A DNA stretch of 63,201 bases, counting the filler, from Candidatus Babelota bacterium (GTDB lineage: Bacteria > JAGOBX01): the NCBI GenBank assembly GCA_017999075.1. It is 13 parts of 13 records of this genome, joined end to end, with 100 filler letters (N's around TTAATTAATTAA, not from the genome) between each part and the next. Parts side by side here need not be neighbours in the genome. Positions count along the whole stretch, not along the records: positions 1 to 11,991 come from JAGOBX010000060.1; 12 more parts are not named here. One strand, given 5' to 3'. Every line of letters begins with the position of its first letter. The stretch's first letter is position 1. Below are positions 1 through 10,201 of the stretch, one piece after another. Below the pieces are notes generated by a model that did not search any database, was not told where the DNA came from, and saw nothing but the letters and a program-made list of their open reading frames with translations. A program made the translations under genes and the position numbers.

Positions 1-2141
1 TTCACCAAAGGAATCTTGTTTAAAAATGGCACTCCTGCATTTGTTGTGTTAACAACATTTTTTATCAAGCCTCCAAGTGCTATTGTATTCCCATTTTTAA
101 CTACCACAGTTGTTTTAGCTTCACGTTTAATAATATCAACTCCTGTGGACAAAACCGAGGCGCGAGCTTCATTAACCTGCGGCGCAAGTTCAAGAGTTAT
201 ATATGTATCATTATTAATATGGGGAAGCACTTCAAGTATAATTCCCACTTCCGAACGCAATGGTGTTTGAGTTATATTGCCTGACTGAGATTCAGTAGTC
301 TGAACATCAGTAACAATATTATCAGAAATTTTTATCATAGCTTTTTTATTGTCAATTGTAGTTATTCTCGGCGAAGATAAAAGATTAAGATTAGAGTTTG
401 AATCAAGATTTTTCAATACCAGATTAAATTGTTTTACAGATAAAGTTCCATAAGTAGGTTTCCAGTCTTTAAGATTAACTGTCATCAAATCCGGCGATGA
501 CTGTATGTTAACATTTCCGAACTGCGACCAGTTTATCCCGAGACTGTTATCTTTATCAAGTCCCACTTCAATAAATTTAGCTTCTATTAAAACCTGTTTT
601 ACAGGTCTATCAAGTTCATTAATTATTTCACTCAATTTTTCCAAAAATGACTGGATATTAGTGTTCACTATAACAGAATTTGTGCGCTGGTCAACTACAA
701 CTTTAAAATAATTATTTTTATTTGCAGTAAGTGCAATCTGAGAACTGAATATTTTCTCAAGAGCATCTTTAATTTCTTCTGCTTTCGAATATCTCAAATA
801 ATAAATTTTTGTTAACAACTTTTCTATATCATTTCTGGTGGCAATATCTATTTTATCAACAATTTCCGTAACCTGTTTAACATAATTTTTTACTCCGGTA
901 ATAATCAAAGCATTTATATTGTCGTCAGCTTCAACTATTCCTGATCTGGTGGAAGACATTTTCTGCAAAATATTTTTCACATTAGAAGCTATAACATATT
1001 TAAGTTTAATAATTTTGGTTTCTTCGTAAAATCCTTCTTTCCTTTTTTCCCATATATCTTTTGAATCAAGAAGTTTCACTACAGATTCAGCTTTATCAAG
1101 GTATTCCTGCAAATCTGTTATCATTATTGAGTTTGAAGACGGCAGCACTTCAACTATCCCGTTAGACGACAGTATGGATTTAACAGGCTTATTTATTTCA
1201 TCAGCTGCTGCATATTGAATTTTAAAAATTTTTGTTTTATACGGTTCAGGCATACTTGACAATCTGTTTGCCGGAACGACTTTAATCAAATCTCCGTCTA
1301 TCACATAACCATAACCATTAACTTTCAATATACTGTCAAGAACTTTAGTTAACGGCGTATTTTTCAATGATACAGTCACTTTCCCTGTAATTTCAGAACT
1401 GGCAATAATATTCATGCCTGCCGACTGACTCAATAATCTTAAAACATTCTGCAATTCCGCCTCTTTCAGATCCAAAGAAATCAAATTATCTTTTTTCTCG
1501 ATTTTGATTGAATTTCCGCTATTCAACGAAGAATTTTCATAATTTTTATCAGCCGAAATTTCTTTTTTTACGAATTCATCAGACTTTGAAATGGTATTTT
1601 TTTTTTCCGAAGGAAAAGACACAGCCGAATTTTCTGCCGATTCATTTTTTTCCGGAATTTGTACAGGTTTCGAAAAAACTTTTATGTTTTCAGAGATTGT
1701 TGGTTTTGGGTCACCATTATTTCCTGAATTTTCCAAAACTGTATTTTTTCCAATAGTTATAACAAGTATGCCTCCGCCGTGCGAATAAATATACTCTGCA
1801 TTATCTTCCAAATCAAAAACCATTCTTGCAACATTATTTTTAAACTGACCAAACCGAACCTGTTTAACCGCAGAACCTGAACCGATAACGGTTTTAGTTT
1901 CCCCTTTTTTCTGGTTCCATCTGCATCCGGTCAAGTCAGCAACAATTTTTTTTTCTTCCGGCAAACTAAAAATCTCAGGAGTAACAGAATCATTCAAAGG
2001 AAGACGAAATACAATTTTTCCGTTGTTCTGTTCAAATTTTAATAAAAACGGTTTAACAGAAACAGCCGCATATAAAGAATTAATCAATATTAAAAAGATA
2101 ATAGCGTTTAACATCAAAAAACGGTATGTTTTTTTTTTCAT
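1..2141 (-). CDS. pilQ: Type IV pilus/T2SS secretin (PilQ-like: signal peptide, AMIN-like, STN, N-domains, secretin domain); 3' end runs off the window
   Basis: Missing from the ORF track because it has no stop in the window. My minus-strand translation from ATG 2141 gives MKKKTYRFLMLNAIIFLILINSLYA..., ISLDLKEAELQNVLRLLSQSAGMNII (STN), ELDRPVKQVLIEAKFIEV, LLSSPRITTIDNKKAMI, VGIILEVLPHI, TTVVVKNGNTIALGGLIK and GVPFLNKIP, which are secretin hallmarks. It lies downstream of pilM/N/O/P-like genes. Confidence 0.9.
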   Translation of the reverse strand, partial: MKKKTYRFLMLNAIIFLILINSLYAAVSVKPFLLKFEQNNGKIVFRLPLNDSVTPEIFSLPEEKKIVADLTGCRWNQKKGETKTVIGSGSAVKQVRFGQFKNNVARMVFDLEDNAEYIYSHGGGILVITIGKNTVLENSGNNGDPKPTISENIKVFSKPVQIPEKNESAENSAVSFPSEKKNTISKSDEFVKKEISADKNYENSSLNSGNSIKIEKKDNLISLDLKEAELQNVLRLLSQSAGMNIIASSEITGKVTVSLKNTPLTKVLDSILKVNGYGYVIDGDLIKVVPANRLSSMPEPYKTKIFKIQYAAADEINKPVKSILSSNGIVEVLPSSNSIMITDLQEYLDKAESVVKLLDSKDIWEKRKEGFYEETKIIKLKYVIASNVKNILQKMSSTRSGIVEADDNINALIITGVKNYVKQVTEIVDKIDIATRNDIEKLLTKIYYLRYSKAEEIKDALEKIFSSQIALTANKNNYFKVVVDQRTNSVIVNTNIQSFLEKLSEIINELDRPVKQVLIEAKFIEVGLDKDNSLGINWSQFGNVNIQSSPDLMTVNLKDWKPTYGTLSVKQFNLVLKNLDSNSNLNLLSSPRITTIDNKKAMIKISDNIVTDVQTTESQSGNITQTPLRSEVGIILEVLPHINNDTYITLELAPQVNEARASVLSTGVDIIKREAKTTVVVKNGNTIALGGLIKNVVNTTNAGVPFLNKIPLV

Positions 2142-2174
2142 TTTTTTTCCACCCTGACGCCGAATTTCCATTGA

Positions 2175-2684
2175 TTAAAGTTTATCAGGTTTCTGCATAT
2201 TGACATAATACAACTGATCATTCTGTATTATAGTAACCTGATTATCCGAAATTTTATATATACTAACACCAAACAATTTATCGCCTTCTTTCACAATATT
2301 ATCATTTATAATTGCATATTTTATATTATTTATCAGTATTATTCCACTTAATTTAAATGAGTCAGGACTAACAACAGCACCGGAAGTATCATTATTTAAT
2401 GGACGTTTTACAGATTCGGTTTTATTTGCAAATATAACAGTAAACGGATTACGGACATATGAATCAGAATATGTTTTAGAAACCGGAACAGCATTTTCTT
2501 TTTTGGAAACAGGAGAAACAGTCATATTTGATTTTGCGTAAATAATATCCAATTCTGTTTTTATAAAGTTTTCAATGTTTTTACTTTGGTAATTTCTTTC
2601 TAATATTGCAAAACTCCATGCGGAAACAAGAACAGCTATTATAATCAGCAATATTATTTTACCTTTTTTATCAAGTTTATTCAT
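2175..2684 (-). CDS. PilP/GspC-like pilus assembly protein
   Basis: N-terminal TM helix, RNPF motif, C-terminal FKLSGII...YAIINDNIVKEGD beta domain; sits between the pilO-like gene and the secretin. Confidence 0.65.
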   Translation of the reverse strand: MNKLDKKGKIILLIIIAVLVSAWSFAILERNYQSKNIENFIKTELDIIYAKSNMTVSPVSKKENAVPVSKTYSDSYVRNPFTVIFANKTESVKRPLNNDTSGAVVSPDSFKLSGIILINNIKYAIINDNIVKEGDKLFGVSIYKISDNQVTIIQNDQLYYVNMQKPDKL

Positions 2685-3217
2685 TGCTGTGAAAATCCTG
2701 TAAAACTAATTTTTATTTCAAGTAAATTCGAGTTATCCGGTTTTCTGATATCAATATCATGCATCTGTATCATATATTTATAATCAGAAATTTTATCAAT
2801 AAACCTTAAAAAATCATTATAATCCGAATGTATTGTCATATTAAGAAAATTATCTGAAAAATATTCATAATATAAAATTTTTTTACCAGCTGAAGAATTC
2901 AATATAATAATATTATTATTTTTTGCTTCAGTAAAAATATCATTGATAATATTTAAAATCTGCTGTTTGTCCTTCAAAAGATAAAACTCAAGTTCTTTAT
3001 TTTTTTCTTTATTTAATATAAATTCCATTTTTTTTTCAAGAAGTTCCATATGTCGGTTTTTAAGCTGAACAAAATCAGACTGGGCTTTTTCAGTTTGGAT
3101 TTCATATTCAGAAACTTTTTTTTGAACAGGCCCAAGCACATATATTTTCCATAACAAAAGAAAACAAACAGAACTTATAACAATAAGTTTTTTCAGTTCT
3201 TTATCGGAAATTTTCAT
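2681..3217 (-). CDS. pilO: PilO/GspM-like pilus assembly protein
   Basis: N-terminal TM, coiled coil, C-terminal ferredoxin-like segment (SDYNDFLRFIDKI...); 4-nt overlaps with both neighbours. Confidence 0.7.
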   Translation of the reverse strand: MKISDKELKKLIVISSVCFLLLWKIYVLGPVQKKVSEYEIQTEKAQSDFVQLKNRHMELLEKKMEFILNKEKNKELEFYLLKDKQQILNIINDIFTEAKNNNIIILNSSAGKKILYYEYFSDNFLNMTIHSDYNDFLRFIDKISDYKYMIQMHDIDIRKPDNSNLLEIKISFTGFSQQ

Positions 3218-4782
3218 AATAAAGTAGCCTCTTTCAAAACAGCCGTTATTTCAAATCTGGTCATATTATATGATTTATAAACTTCCCTCGAAGAATTATC
3301 AAGATTAATATTCATAAACAAATTAGTTTTATCAAGATTTACTATGAAAGAAGGCACCAGCATAGGAGAAACGCTCCATCCCTGAATTACGATTACAGAC
3401 TGAGGTTTTGGTTCAACCTTCAAAGTTTTAAAATTAAATTTTGTAAACATTACTCCCTGAGGAGCTGATCTGGATATAAGTTTAAACAGATTATTATAAT
3501 CATAATTGTTCGATTCAATAAAGATTTTGATTTTTTTGTTTACAGTTACAATATTCTGCGAAGACAAGAATTTGTCAAGTTCAGAAATCTGGCTCTGCAA
3601 TTGGTTGTTTAAATAAATTTTAGAATCATATAATTTTTTATGCGTATTTTCTATATATGAAGGCAGTGTAATCATTGTAAGAATTATCATTATCATAACC
3701 AGCTGAAACACAGGTTTTTTTATAAGTCCGGCATCCTCGCTGAATTCAATAGCTGAACGGTTTATCTTTTCATTTAATTTTATTGCATTTTTTTCATTCA
3801 TATTATTCATCGAATAAATCAATCCTGACTTATCCTTTATCTGATTATTTTCCGGAACCGAATATATCTGAATTGATTTGTTAAGTTCTGATTTGAATAA
3901 CTGGGGCAAACCATTGATTTTAGAAAGAAATCCTGTTGCAAAAATCTGATTCACCTGACTTATTTTATAATTTGATTTCAAAAAATTTTCAGTTTTTTTA
4001 ATCTCGTCAGCAATCAGCTTCAATTCAATTTTTATATTATTGGAAAATTCTATATAACTATTTTTTTCAATATCAAAACCTTCAGGTTCAGAATAAGGAA
4101 GCAAATGTATGTCCTTTATGCGTTCCGAAATGTTCCCGTCTTCTTTTTTAAAATATTCGGCTATTATTTTTGTCATCTGTTCGGCAATATTTTCAAAACT
4201 ACGTTTATATTTTATATATCCGTTTTCAAAAAATGTCAGAACTATATTATCGCTATCCATATTAATCAAAAAAAAGTGATTATCTAAAACCGCGTCAGGC
4301 TGATAAACAGAAATCAAATTTTCAAACACAGATTCTTCAGAAACGATAAATCTAATTTTGAATTTACGTTCAGAAAGAATTTTCACAATTCCATCAACAA
4401 AATTTTTTGAAACAAGCTCAATTTTAAAATTCTGTTTTTTAACGGAATCTTCAACTACACTCTCAATTTTTTTAAAATTCCAATAATATTGTTCAAATTT
4501 AGCAGAATAAAGTTTAACGAGTTCCCAGTATATAATTTCAGCAGAATTCGATTTATCCGCAGGCAATTTTAAATATCTCAGTATTATATTTTCTGAAGAA
4601 ATAACAAGTTCGACAGGAATCCGGCTATACTCATCAGGTATATTTTTAACAATTTCTTTGTATTGCTGAATAAAATCAAGTGATTTACTTAATTTTTTCG
4701 AAATATGATTGACAATAATAGACTTATCAATCACAGTAACATTAACTAATTTACCGGATATATATATAATTATTTTCGACAT
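3214..4782 (-). CDS. Fused PilM (actin-like) + PilN protein (GspL-like architecture)
   Basis: N-terminal PilM-like region (IILRYLKLP, FLINMDSDNIVLTFFENG, IFATGFLSKINGLPQLFKSEL), a TM helix, then a PilN-like domain (LISRSAPQGVMFTKF...IQGWS...FIVNLDKTNLFMNINL). The ORF track starts at TTG 4833, which coincides with a -35 box; ATG 4794 or 4782 is more likely. Confidence 0.75.
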   Translation of the reverse strand: MSKIIIYISGKLVNVTVIDKSIIVNHISKKLSKSLDFIQQYKEIVKNIPDEYSRIPVELVISSENIILRYLKLPADKSNSAEIIYWELVKLYSAKFEQYYWNFKKIESVVEDSVKKQNFKIELVSKNFVDGIVKILSERKFKIRFIVSEESVFENLISVYQPDAVLDNHFFLINMDSDNIVLTFFENGYIKYKRSFENIAEQMTKIIAEYFKKEDGNISERIKDIHLLPYSEPEGFDIEKNSYIEFSNNIKIELKLIADEIKKTENFLKSNYKISQVNQIFATGFLSKINGLPQLFKSELNKSIQIYSVPENNQIKDKSGLIYSMNNMNEKNAIKLNEKINRSAIEFSEDAGLIKKPVFQLVMIMIILTMITLPSYIENTHKKLYDSKIYLNNQLQSQISELDKFLSSQNIVTVNKKIKIFIESNNYDYNNLFKLISRSAPQGVMFTKFNFKTLKVEPKPQSVIVIQGWSVSPMLVPSFIVNLDKTNLFMNINLDNSSREVYKSYNMTRFEITAVLKEATLL

Positions 4783-4804
4783 TTTATTAAACATAATTAA
4801 AAAA

Positions 4805-4833
4805 AATATAACAAAATATTTATCTAAAGTCAA
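4805..4833 (-). promoter_or_regulatory. Sigma70-like promoter for the pil operon
   Basis: Minus strand TTGACT-17 nt-TATATT. Confidence 0.5.
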
Positions 4834-4880
4834 GGAAAAAATATATTATTATTTTTTTTAATTCTTCAGGATTTTATTTC

Positions 4881-4909
4881 TTGACAATAATAATTTTTAA
4901 TATTAAAAT
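4881..4909 (+). promoter_or_regulatory. Sigma70-like promoter for the TPR-LysM gene/murG operon
   Basis: TTGACA-17 nt-TAAAAT, divergent from the pil promoter. Confidence 0.55.
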
Positions 4910-4980
4910 AAGTGAGTTAAACTATTAAAATACATAGAAATATTTTGGTTTTATCAAATATATTTTCGGAGGATCGAAAA

Positions 4981-7900
4981 GTGAAAAGATTTATTGCTGT
5001 AGTGTTACTTTTAGTTATATCAAATACAATTTTATATGCAGTTGAAAACCCTTCCGACGTTTTTCAAGAAGCAAATTCGTATTATTTTAAAAAAGATTAT
5101 ATAAATGCCATAAAATATTTCAGAAAAGTAATAAATGATTTTCCGGCGAATTCCTATACTGATCATTCATTATTCGGTCTTGGAAGCAGTTTTTTTGAAC
5201 TTGATAATTTCAAAGACGCGATTGCAGTATACAGCCAGTTAATTGAAGAATTTCCAAACAGCAGTTTTGCTGATGACGCTCTTTTCAGAATAGGTGAATC
5301 TTATGAACGCATAGGCGAATATAAAAATGCTCATATTTTTTATTCAAAATTAATCAATCAATATCCAAACAGTTTACTTTTGGCTCAAAGCAGAGAAAAA
5401 ATAAATAAATTTTCATCTTTATTATTAAAACCAGAATCTTCAGATCAGCAGACTGTAAAAACCCAGCCGGCATCAGAAAAACTTCTGACATTTCCTCAAC
5501 AAATTAATATTTCTGGAGAAACAGGCAGGCAGCTTGAACAAACGGAAAAAGGGCAGGCAAATACAGTTAAACCTCAAGTTGATATCAGCAAAATAAAAAA
5601 AATTCCGGCAACACAGCAGCCCGCTGTTAATTTAGTTCCTGTAAAAATTCCTGAATCTGTATCTCAACCTGTTCAATCTCATAAAAATGCTGCCGGAGAA
5701 CAAATGAAACAAATTGAAATGCAGGCAGACAAAAAAATTTTAGAAAAACAGTATGTCATAAGACCTGATGACACTTTAACATCTATCGCAGAAAAATTTT
5801 ATGGAGATTTTAATTTATATACAAGAATAGCAGATTATAACAATATAAAAAATCCGACTAATATAAAAATAGGCGAAACAATACTTATTCCTTTTGAAAC
5901 CGATGAAAAAAAACAGGAAACACCTTCTATCCCTGATAATTCCGACCAGAATCAGCAGACAGAATCAGCATATCGTGATGTGTTAAATGAACTTGATGCA
6001 GAAGACCAGAAATCAGCAGGAATTAAACCTATAGAAAAAAATAAAACAGATGACGCATATATTTATTCATATAAACTCGAAAAAGAAAGAAAAAATTATG
6101 AACAGCTTTTAAACATAGAAAAAGACAAACGCCGCCAGCTTCTTGAAAAAATCAGAAACCTTGAAACCCAGATCGCCAGAATGAACCTTGAAATCGATAC
6201 TTATAAAAACAATTTAAATTCTCTTCAGGAATTAAAAACAAAACTTACTGATTTTGAAAAAACCAATAGTGATTTAATAGAATCCTTAAAATTGCAGAAA
6301 CAAAAAGAAATCATAAGAGAAGCAAAAAACAAAACCGAACTTCTCAAGCTTCAAAGAGACCTTGAAGATCTGACATCTAAATACAATGTCGCAAAAGCCG
6401 ATTTTGAATCAAAAAAATATAATGAAATGATTACCCAAAAAGAACAGCAGCTTGCCCAGACAAGCATTTTAATATCCCAGTTAAACAATAAAATTCAATC
6501 CATGGAATCAGATAATTCGAATTTCAGAAATCAAATAGATAAACTGCAGCGAGAACTTATAGTTGCAAATGAATACCGTACTAAAGTCGCAGGATATGAA
6601 CAGCAGTTAACTGATAAAAACAAAATAGTATCTGACTTAGATGAATCATTAAAAAAATTAACTTTAAGCAACAAAACATTATCTGATTCAGTGATAGAAA
6701 TTCAAACAAAATATGAAACTGTTTATAACAGCAAAAACAAATTGGAATCAGTTAATAAAGAAATTTCCGACAAACTCACAAAAAAAGAAGCTGAACTTCT
6801 TGAATTCGCAAAACAAATTCAGTCTTTTAACAAGGAAATAGAAAATTTAAAAGCAGATTATCAGACAAAACTTGATACTGCTGCGGCAGAAAAAAAGAAT
6901 ACTCAGAAAATTATCGAGGATTTAACAACAAATAACAAATATATATCTGAGGAATTAATGAAATTAAAAAATCGTATAATTGAACTTCAGAAAGATTCTA
7001 TTTCTTCAAAAGAAGGCAAAACAAAATCCGATCAGAAAAGCGCTCTTATGGAATCTCAAATTCAGACATTGAATTCAACTATAGATAACTTGACTAAAGA
7101 AAGTAATTCCTTAAAAACCGAACTTAATACATTAAAAGATCTTCATTCAACCACAGAAACAAATTGGAAAAACAAAGAACTCGCATATCAATCAGAAATA
7201 GCCGCTGTAAAACAGCAGAATACATCCCTTGCAACAAATTTAAAATCAAAAGAATCCGAACTTCAGACAATTCAGGAATTATCAAAAAAAACTGATTCTG
7301 AAACAGTAAACAAACTAAAGGAATTAAATGATAAACTCAACAGTCAGTTATTGATGCTGCAAAACGAAATTAATTCTTTGCAAAAACAATATATTTCTTC
7401 TTCTGATGATAAAGAAAAACCTGCCGGGAATCAGGTTAAAAAAGAAACTCCTGTAAAAGACAAACAATCTCAGTCAGTAAAATCAAAAGATGCAAAAACA
7501 GATGTAAAAACTCAGATTAAAGAAATTTCCTCATCAAAACAGGAAGAAAGTTCAAATACTCCTAAACCCGATGAATCTGAAACTGTAAAAAATACCGTTT
7601 CCCCTTCAACTGAATCAGATATAATCAGCAAAATGGAAATTGACAGAAATAAAAAATCTGCAAAAGAACAAATTGCCAAAGGCATAATTTTTAAAAATAA
7701 AGGCGATTTCCAGAATGCAGAATCATGCTATAAAAAAGCACTGGAGCTTGATCCTGAAAATGCCGACGGTTATAATCATCTCGGATTCTTATATACTGAA
7801 TTTGATAAAAACCTTGATATTGCAGCTGATCTTGTAAATAAAGCAGTCCAACTCAATTCTGGAGATAAAGGTTATTATTATGACACTCTTGGATGGATTT

Positions 7901-8130
7901 ATTATAAACAGGGATTATATCAGAAATCAAAAAAATATATATCTGATGCTTTGGAACTTATTCCGCAAAATGACAAACAGGCATTGGCGTCTGTTTACTA
8001 TCATTTAGGAATGGTTTACATGAAACTTAATGATCCGAATAACGCTTTTTTTCAGTTTATCGAAGTGTTGAAATTATCACCTAATTCTACAGCGGCAATT
8101 AAATCAAAACAACAGCTTGATTTACTGTAA
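4981..8130 (+). CDS. Exported TPR + LysM + long coiled-coil + TPR protein
   Basis: GGAGG then GTG 4981; signal peptide; N-terminal BamD/CpoB-like TPRs; LysM (YVIRPDDTLTSIAEKFYGD...NNIKNPTNIKIGETILIP); a several-hundred-residue coiled coil; C-terminal TPRs (YDTLGWIYYKQG). Confidence 0.8.
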   Translation: MKRFIAVVLLLVISNTILYAVENPSDVFQEANSYYFKKDYINAIKYFRKVINDFPANSYTDHSLFGLGSSFFELDNFKDAIAVYSQLIEEFPNSSFADDALFRIGESYERIGEYKNAHIFYSKLINQYPNSLLLAQSREKINKFSSLLLKPESSDQQTVKTQPASEKLLTFPQQINISGETGRQLEQTEKGQANTVKPQVDISKIKKIPATQQPAVNLVPVKIPESVSQPVQSHKNAAGEQMKQIEMQADKKILEKQYVIRPDDTLTSIAEKFYGDFNLYTRIADYNNIKNPTNIKIGETILIPFETDEKKQETPSIPDNSDQNQQTESAYRDVLNELDAEDQKSAGIKPIEKNKTDDAYIYSYKLEKERKNYEQLLNIEKDKRRQLLEKIRNLETQIARMNLEIDTYKNNLNSLQELKTKLTDFEKTNSDLIESLKLQKQKEIIREAKNKTELLKLQRDLEDLTSKYNVAKADFESKKYNEMITQKEQQLAQTSILISQLNNKIQSMESDNSNFRNQIDKLQRELIVANEYRTKVAGYEQQLTDKNKIVSDLDESLKKLTLSNKTLSDSVIEIQTKYETVYNSKNKLESVNKEISDKLTKKEAELLEFAKQIQSFNKEIENLKADYQTKLDTAAAEKKNTQKIIEDLTTNNKYISEELMKLKNRIIELQKDSISSKEGKTKSDQKSALMESQIQTLNSTIDNLTKESNSLKTELNTLKDLHSTTETNWKNKELAYQSEIAAVKQQNTSLATNLKSKESELQTIQELSKKTDSETVNKLKELNDKLNSQLLMLQNEINSLQKQYISSSDDKEKPAGNQVKKETPVKDKQSQSVKSKDAKTDVKTQIKEISSSKQEESSNTPKPDESETVKNTVSPSTESDIISKMEIDRNKKSAKEQIAKGIIFKNKGDFQNAESCYKKALELDPENADGYNHLGFLYTEFDKNLDIAADLVNKAVQLNSGDKGYYYDTLGWIYYKQGLYQKSKKYISDALELIPQNDKQALASVYYHLGMVYMKLNDPNNAFFQFIEVLKLSPNSTAAIKSKQQLDLL

Positions 8131-8184
8131 AATATAGTTTTCGTTATTTTTTGTATAAAACACATATTACCAAATACAAATTTT

Positions 8185-9234
8185 ATGTTCAATATAATTG
8201 TTACCGGCGGTGGCACCGGAGGTCATTTTTATCCAGCTTACATATTATATCAAAAAATTAAAACTCAAAAAAATATAGGTAATGTTTTTTATATCGGAAG
8301 CGATTATGGAATTGAAAAAAAACTTGCCGAAGAACTTAATCTGAATTATTATTTGCTTAAATCCCGCGGATTTATCGGAAAAAATATAATTGATAAATTA
8401 TCCTCGTTATTTTTAAATTTTTGTTCAATTATAAAATCTATAAAGTTTATTTCATCCAATAGAATAGACGCTGTTATAGCTGCAGGCGGTTATGTGAGTC
8501 TGCCTGTTCTGGCAGCGGCGCTCATTCTTAAAAAAAAAATATTTATACAGGAACAGAATTCGTTCCCAGGAGTTACCACAAGATTATTCTCACGTTTTGC
8601 TGATAAATTATTTGCGGCATTTGAGGATTCTGCTAAACATTTTAAAGTTGCAGCGCCTGATATAATTTCTTACATTTCCACTCCTGTCCGCGATAATTTT
8701 TTTTTGTCAGAATTTCACGAACAGAAAAATGTTATTACAGTAATAGGCGGGAGCCAGGGGTCTTCTGTTCTGAACGAAATAATTTTCAAATCTCTGTCTT
8801 TTTTCCAGAAATCAGGAATTAAGCTTAATTGGGTTACAGGAAAAAAATTTTATGAAAAATACAAAAATTGCAGCAATGAAAATATTCTGATATATGAATA
8901 CTGCAATGACATTCATAAACTTATATCAGAATCAGAATTAGTAATATCAAGGGCCGGAGCCACTTCAATAGCGGAATATTCTGTCCTTAACAAAAAAGTT
9001 TTATTTATACCTTTCCGCCAGGCAACCCATAACCATCAATTTTTCAATGCTGTATCGTATTCAAAAAAATTCACTTCAGACCTTATAGATGAAAAAGATT
9101 TAAATCACGAAATATTTATTGAAAAAATAAAAAATCTTCTGAAAACAGAAAATAAATCTGAATATAAAATAACCGAAAATCCAGCAGATTTAATTATAAA
9201 AGAAATAATGAACGTACTTAATTGTTCTAAATAA
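8185..9234 (+). CDS. murG: Undecaprenyl-PP-MurNAc-pentapeptide GlcNAc transferase
   Basis: TGGGTGGHFYP, GGYVSLP, QEQNSFPG, GGSQGS, ISRAGATSIAE and HQFFNA motifs. Confidence 0.95.
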   Translation: MFNIIVTGGGTGGHFYPAYILYQKIKTQKNIGNVFYIGSDYGIEKKLAEELNLNYYLLKSRGFIGKNIIDKLSSLFLNFCSIIKSIKFISSNRIDAVIAAGGYVSLPVLAAALILKKKIFIQEQNSFPGVTTRLFSRFADKLFAAFEDSAKHFKVAAPDIISYISTPVRDNFFLSEFHEQKNVITVIGGSQGSSVLNEIIFKSLSFFQKSGIKLNWVTGKKFYEKYKNCSNENILIYEYCNDIHKLISESELVISRAGATSIAEYSVLNKKVLFIPFRQATHNHQFFNAVSYSKKFTSDLIDEKDLNHEIFIEKIKNLLKTENKSEYKITENPADLIIKEIMNVLNCSK

Positions 9235-9243
9235 AGTGAACCT

Positions 9244-10083
9244 ATGATTTTTGCAATATCAGCAATGTTTATTTGGGCGACAACAGCCATTCAGATCAGA
9301 TTAATTAAATGCGATCCTTACACAGTGATATTCTGGTCAAATGTAATAGCAATATTTCCTGCGATATTAATAATTGCCCTAAAAAATTTCAAAAAAAATA
9401 TTTCTATATTCACGGAATACAAATGGATTTTACTGGTGGTCGGATTAATGTCAACAGTCAACAGCATAACTTTTTTTTATTCAATAAGAATGACAACTAT
9501 AGCAAACGCTTTGATGACGCATTATATGACTCCTGTAATAGTCGCGGTATCAGCTCCGATAATATTGAAAGAAAAGTTCACATTCATAACAATGATTTCA
9601 CTGGTTATTGCTATAACAGGATTATTACTTATAATAGATGTGCGTAATTTAAGATTCGAAAGCTCGGATTTTATTGGAAGTTTACTTGGGCTTATATCTG
9701 CATTTGCTTATGCTGCGGTAATACTGATAGGCAGAAATTTCAAGACAAACATCAATCCTTTTGTTTATATAATATCACAATCTTTCACTGCGCTTATTTT
9801 TATGAGTTTCCTTACAAAATATTCATTCTGGAAATTTGACGGTGTTTCATTGGCTCTATTAACTACATTCGGTCTATTTAATATAGCAGGAGCAGCATAT
9901 TTATTTTATAAATCTCTGACAAAAATAACTGCTTCTTCAGTTTCAATAATAGGATATATTGAACCTGTCGGAGCAATACTAATATCTGTCATATATTTGA
10001 ATGAACCTCTTACAGTTCAAACTATAATTGGAGGAATATTGATTTTATCAAGCGCGGCAATAATTAACATAAGGGCAAATTAA
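9244..10083 (+). CDS. DMT/EamA family transporter
   Basis: About 10 hydrophobic helices in two repeats; YIEPVGAIL...LNEPLT...IIGGILIL. Confidence 0.85.
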   Translation: MIFAISAMFIWATTAIQIRLIKCDPYTVIFWSNVIAIFPAILIIALKNFKKNISIFTEYKWILLVVGLMSTVNSITFFYSIRMTTIANALMTHYMTPVIVAVSAPIILKEKFTFITMISLVIAITGLLLIIDVRNLRFESSDFIGSLLGLISAFAYAAVILIGRNFKTNINPFVYIISQSFTALIFMSFLTKYSFWKFDGVSLALLTTFGLFNIAGAAYLFYKSLTKITASSVSIIGYIEPVGAILISVIYLNEPLTVQTIIGGILILSSAAIINIRAN

Positions 10084-10201
10084 ATCTATCTTATTCAATT
10101 TTATTGACATCGCTCCTCGCATTGAATTTACCATTTTCTATTTTACAGTATTGATAAAATTTCCCTTGTATTTTTTTTACTTTTTATTATATTTAAAAAA
10201 T

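Noticed and set aside
16-1788. Short plus-strand ORFs (16-270, 505-711, 1508-1756, 1591-1788)
   Set aside because: They are antisense shadows of the secretin gene. The same applies to the other short ORFs lying antisense or out of frame within long genes throughout the track.
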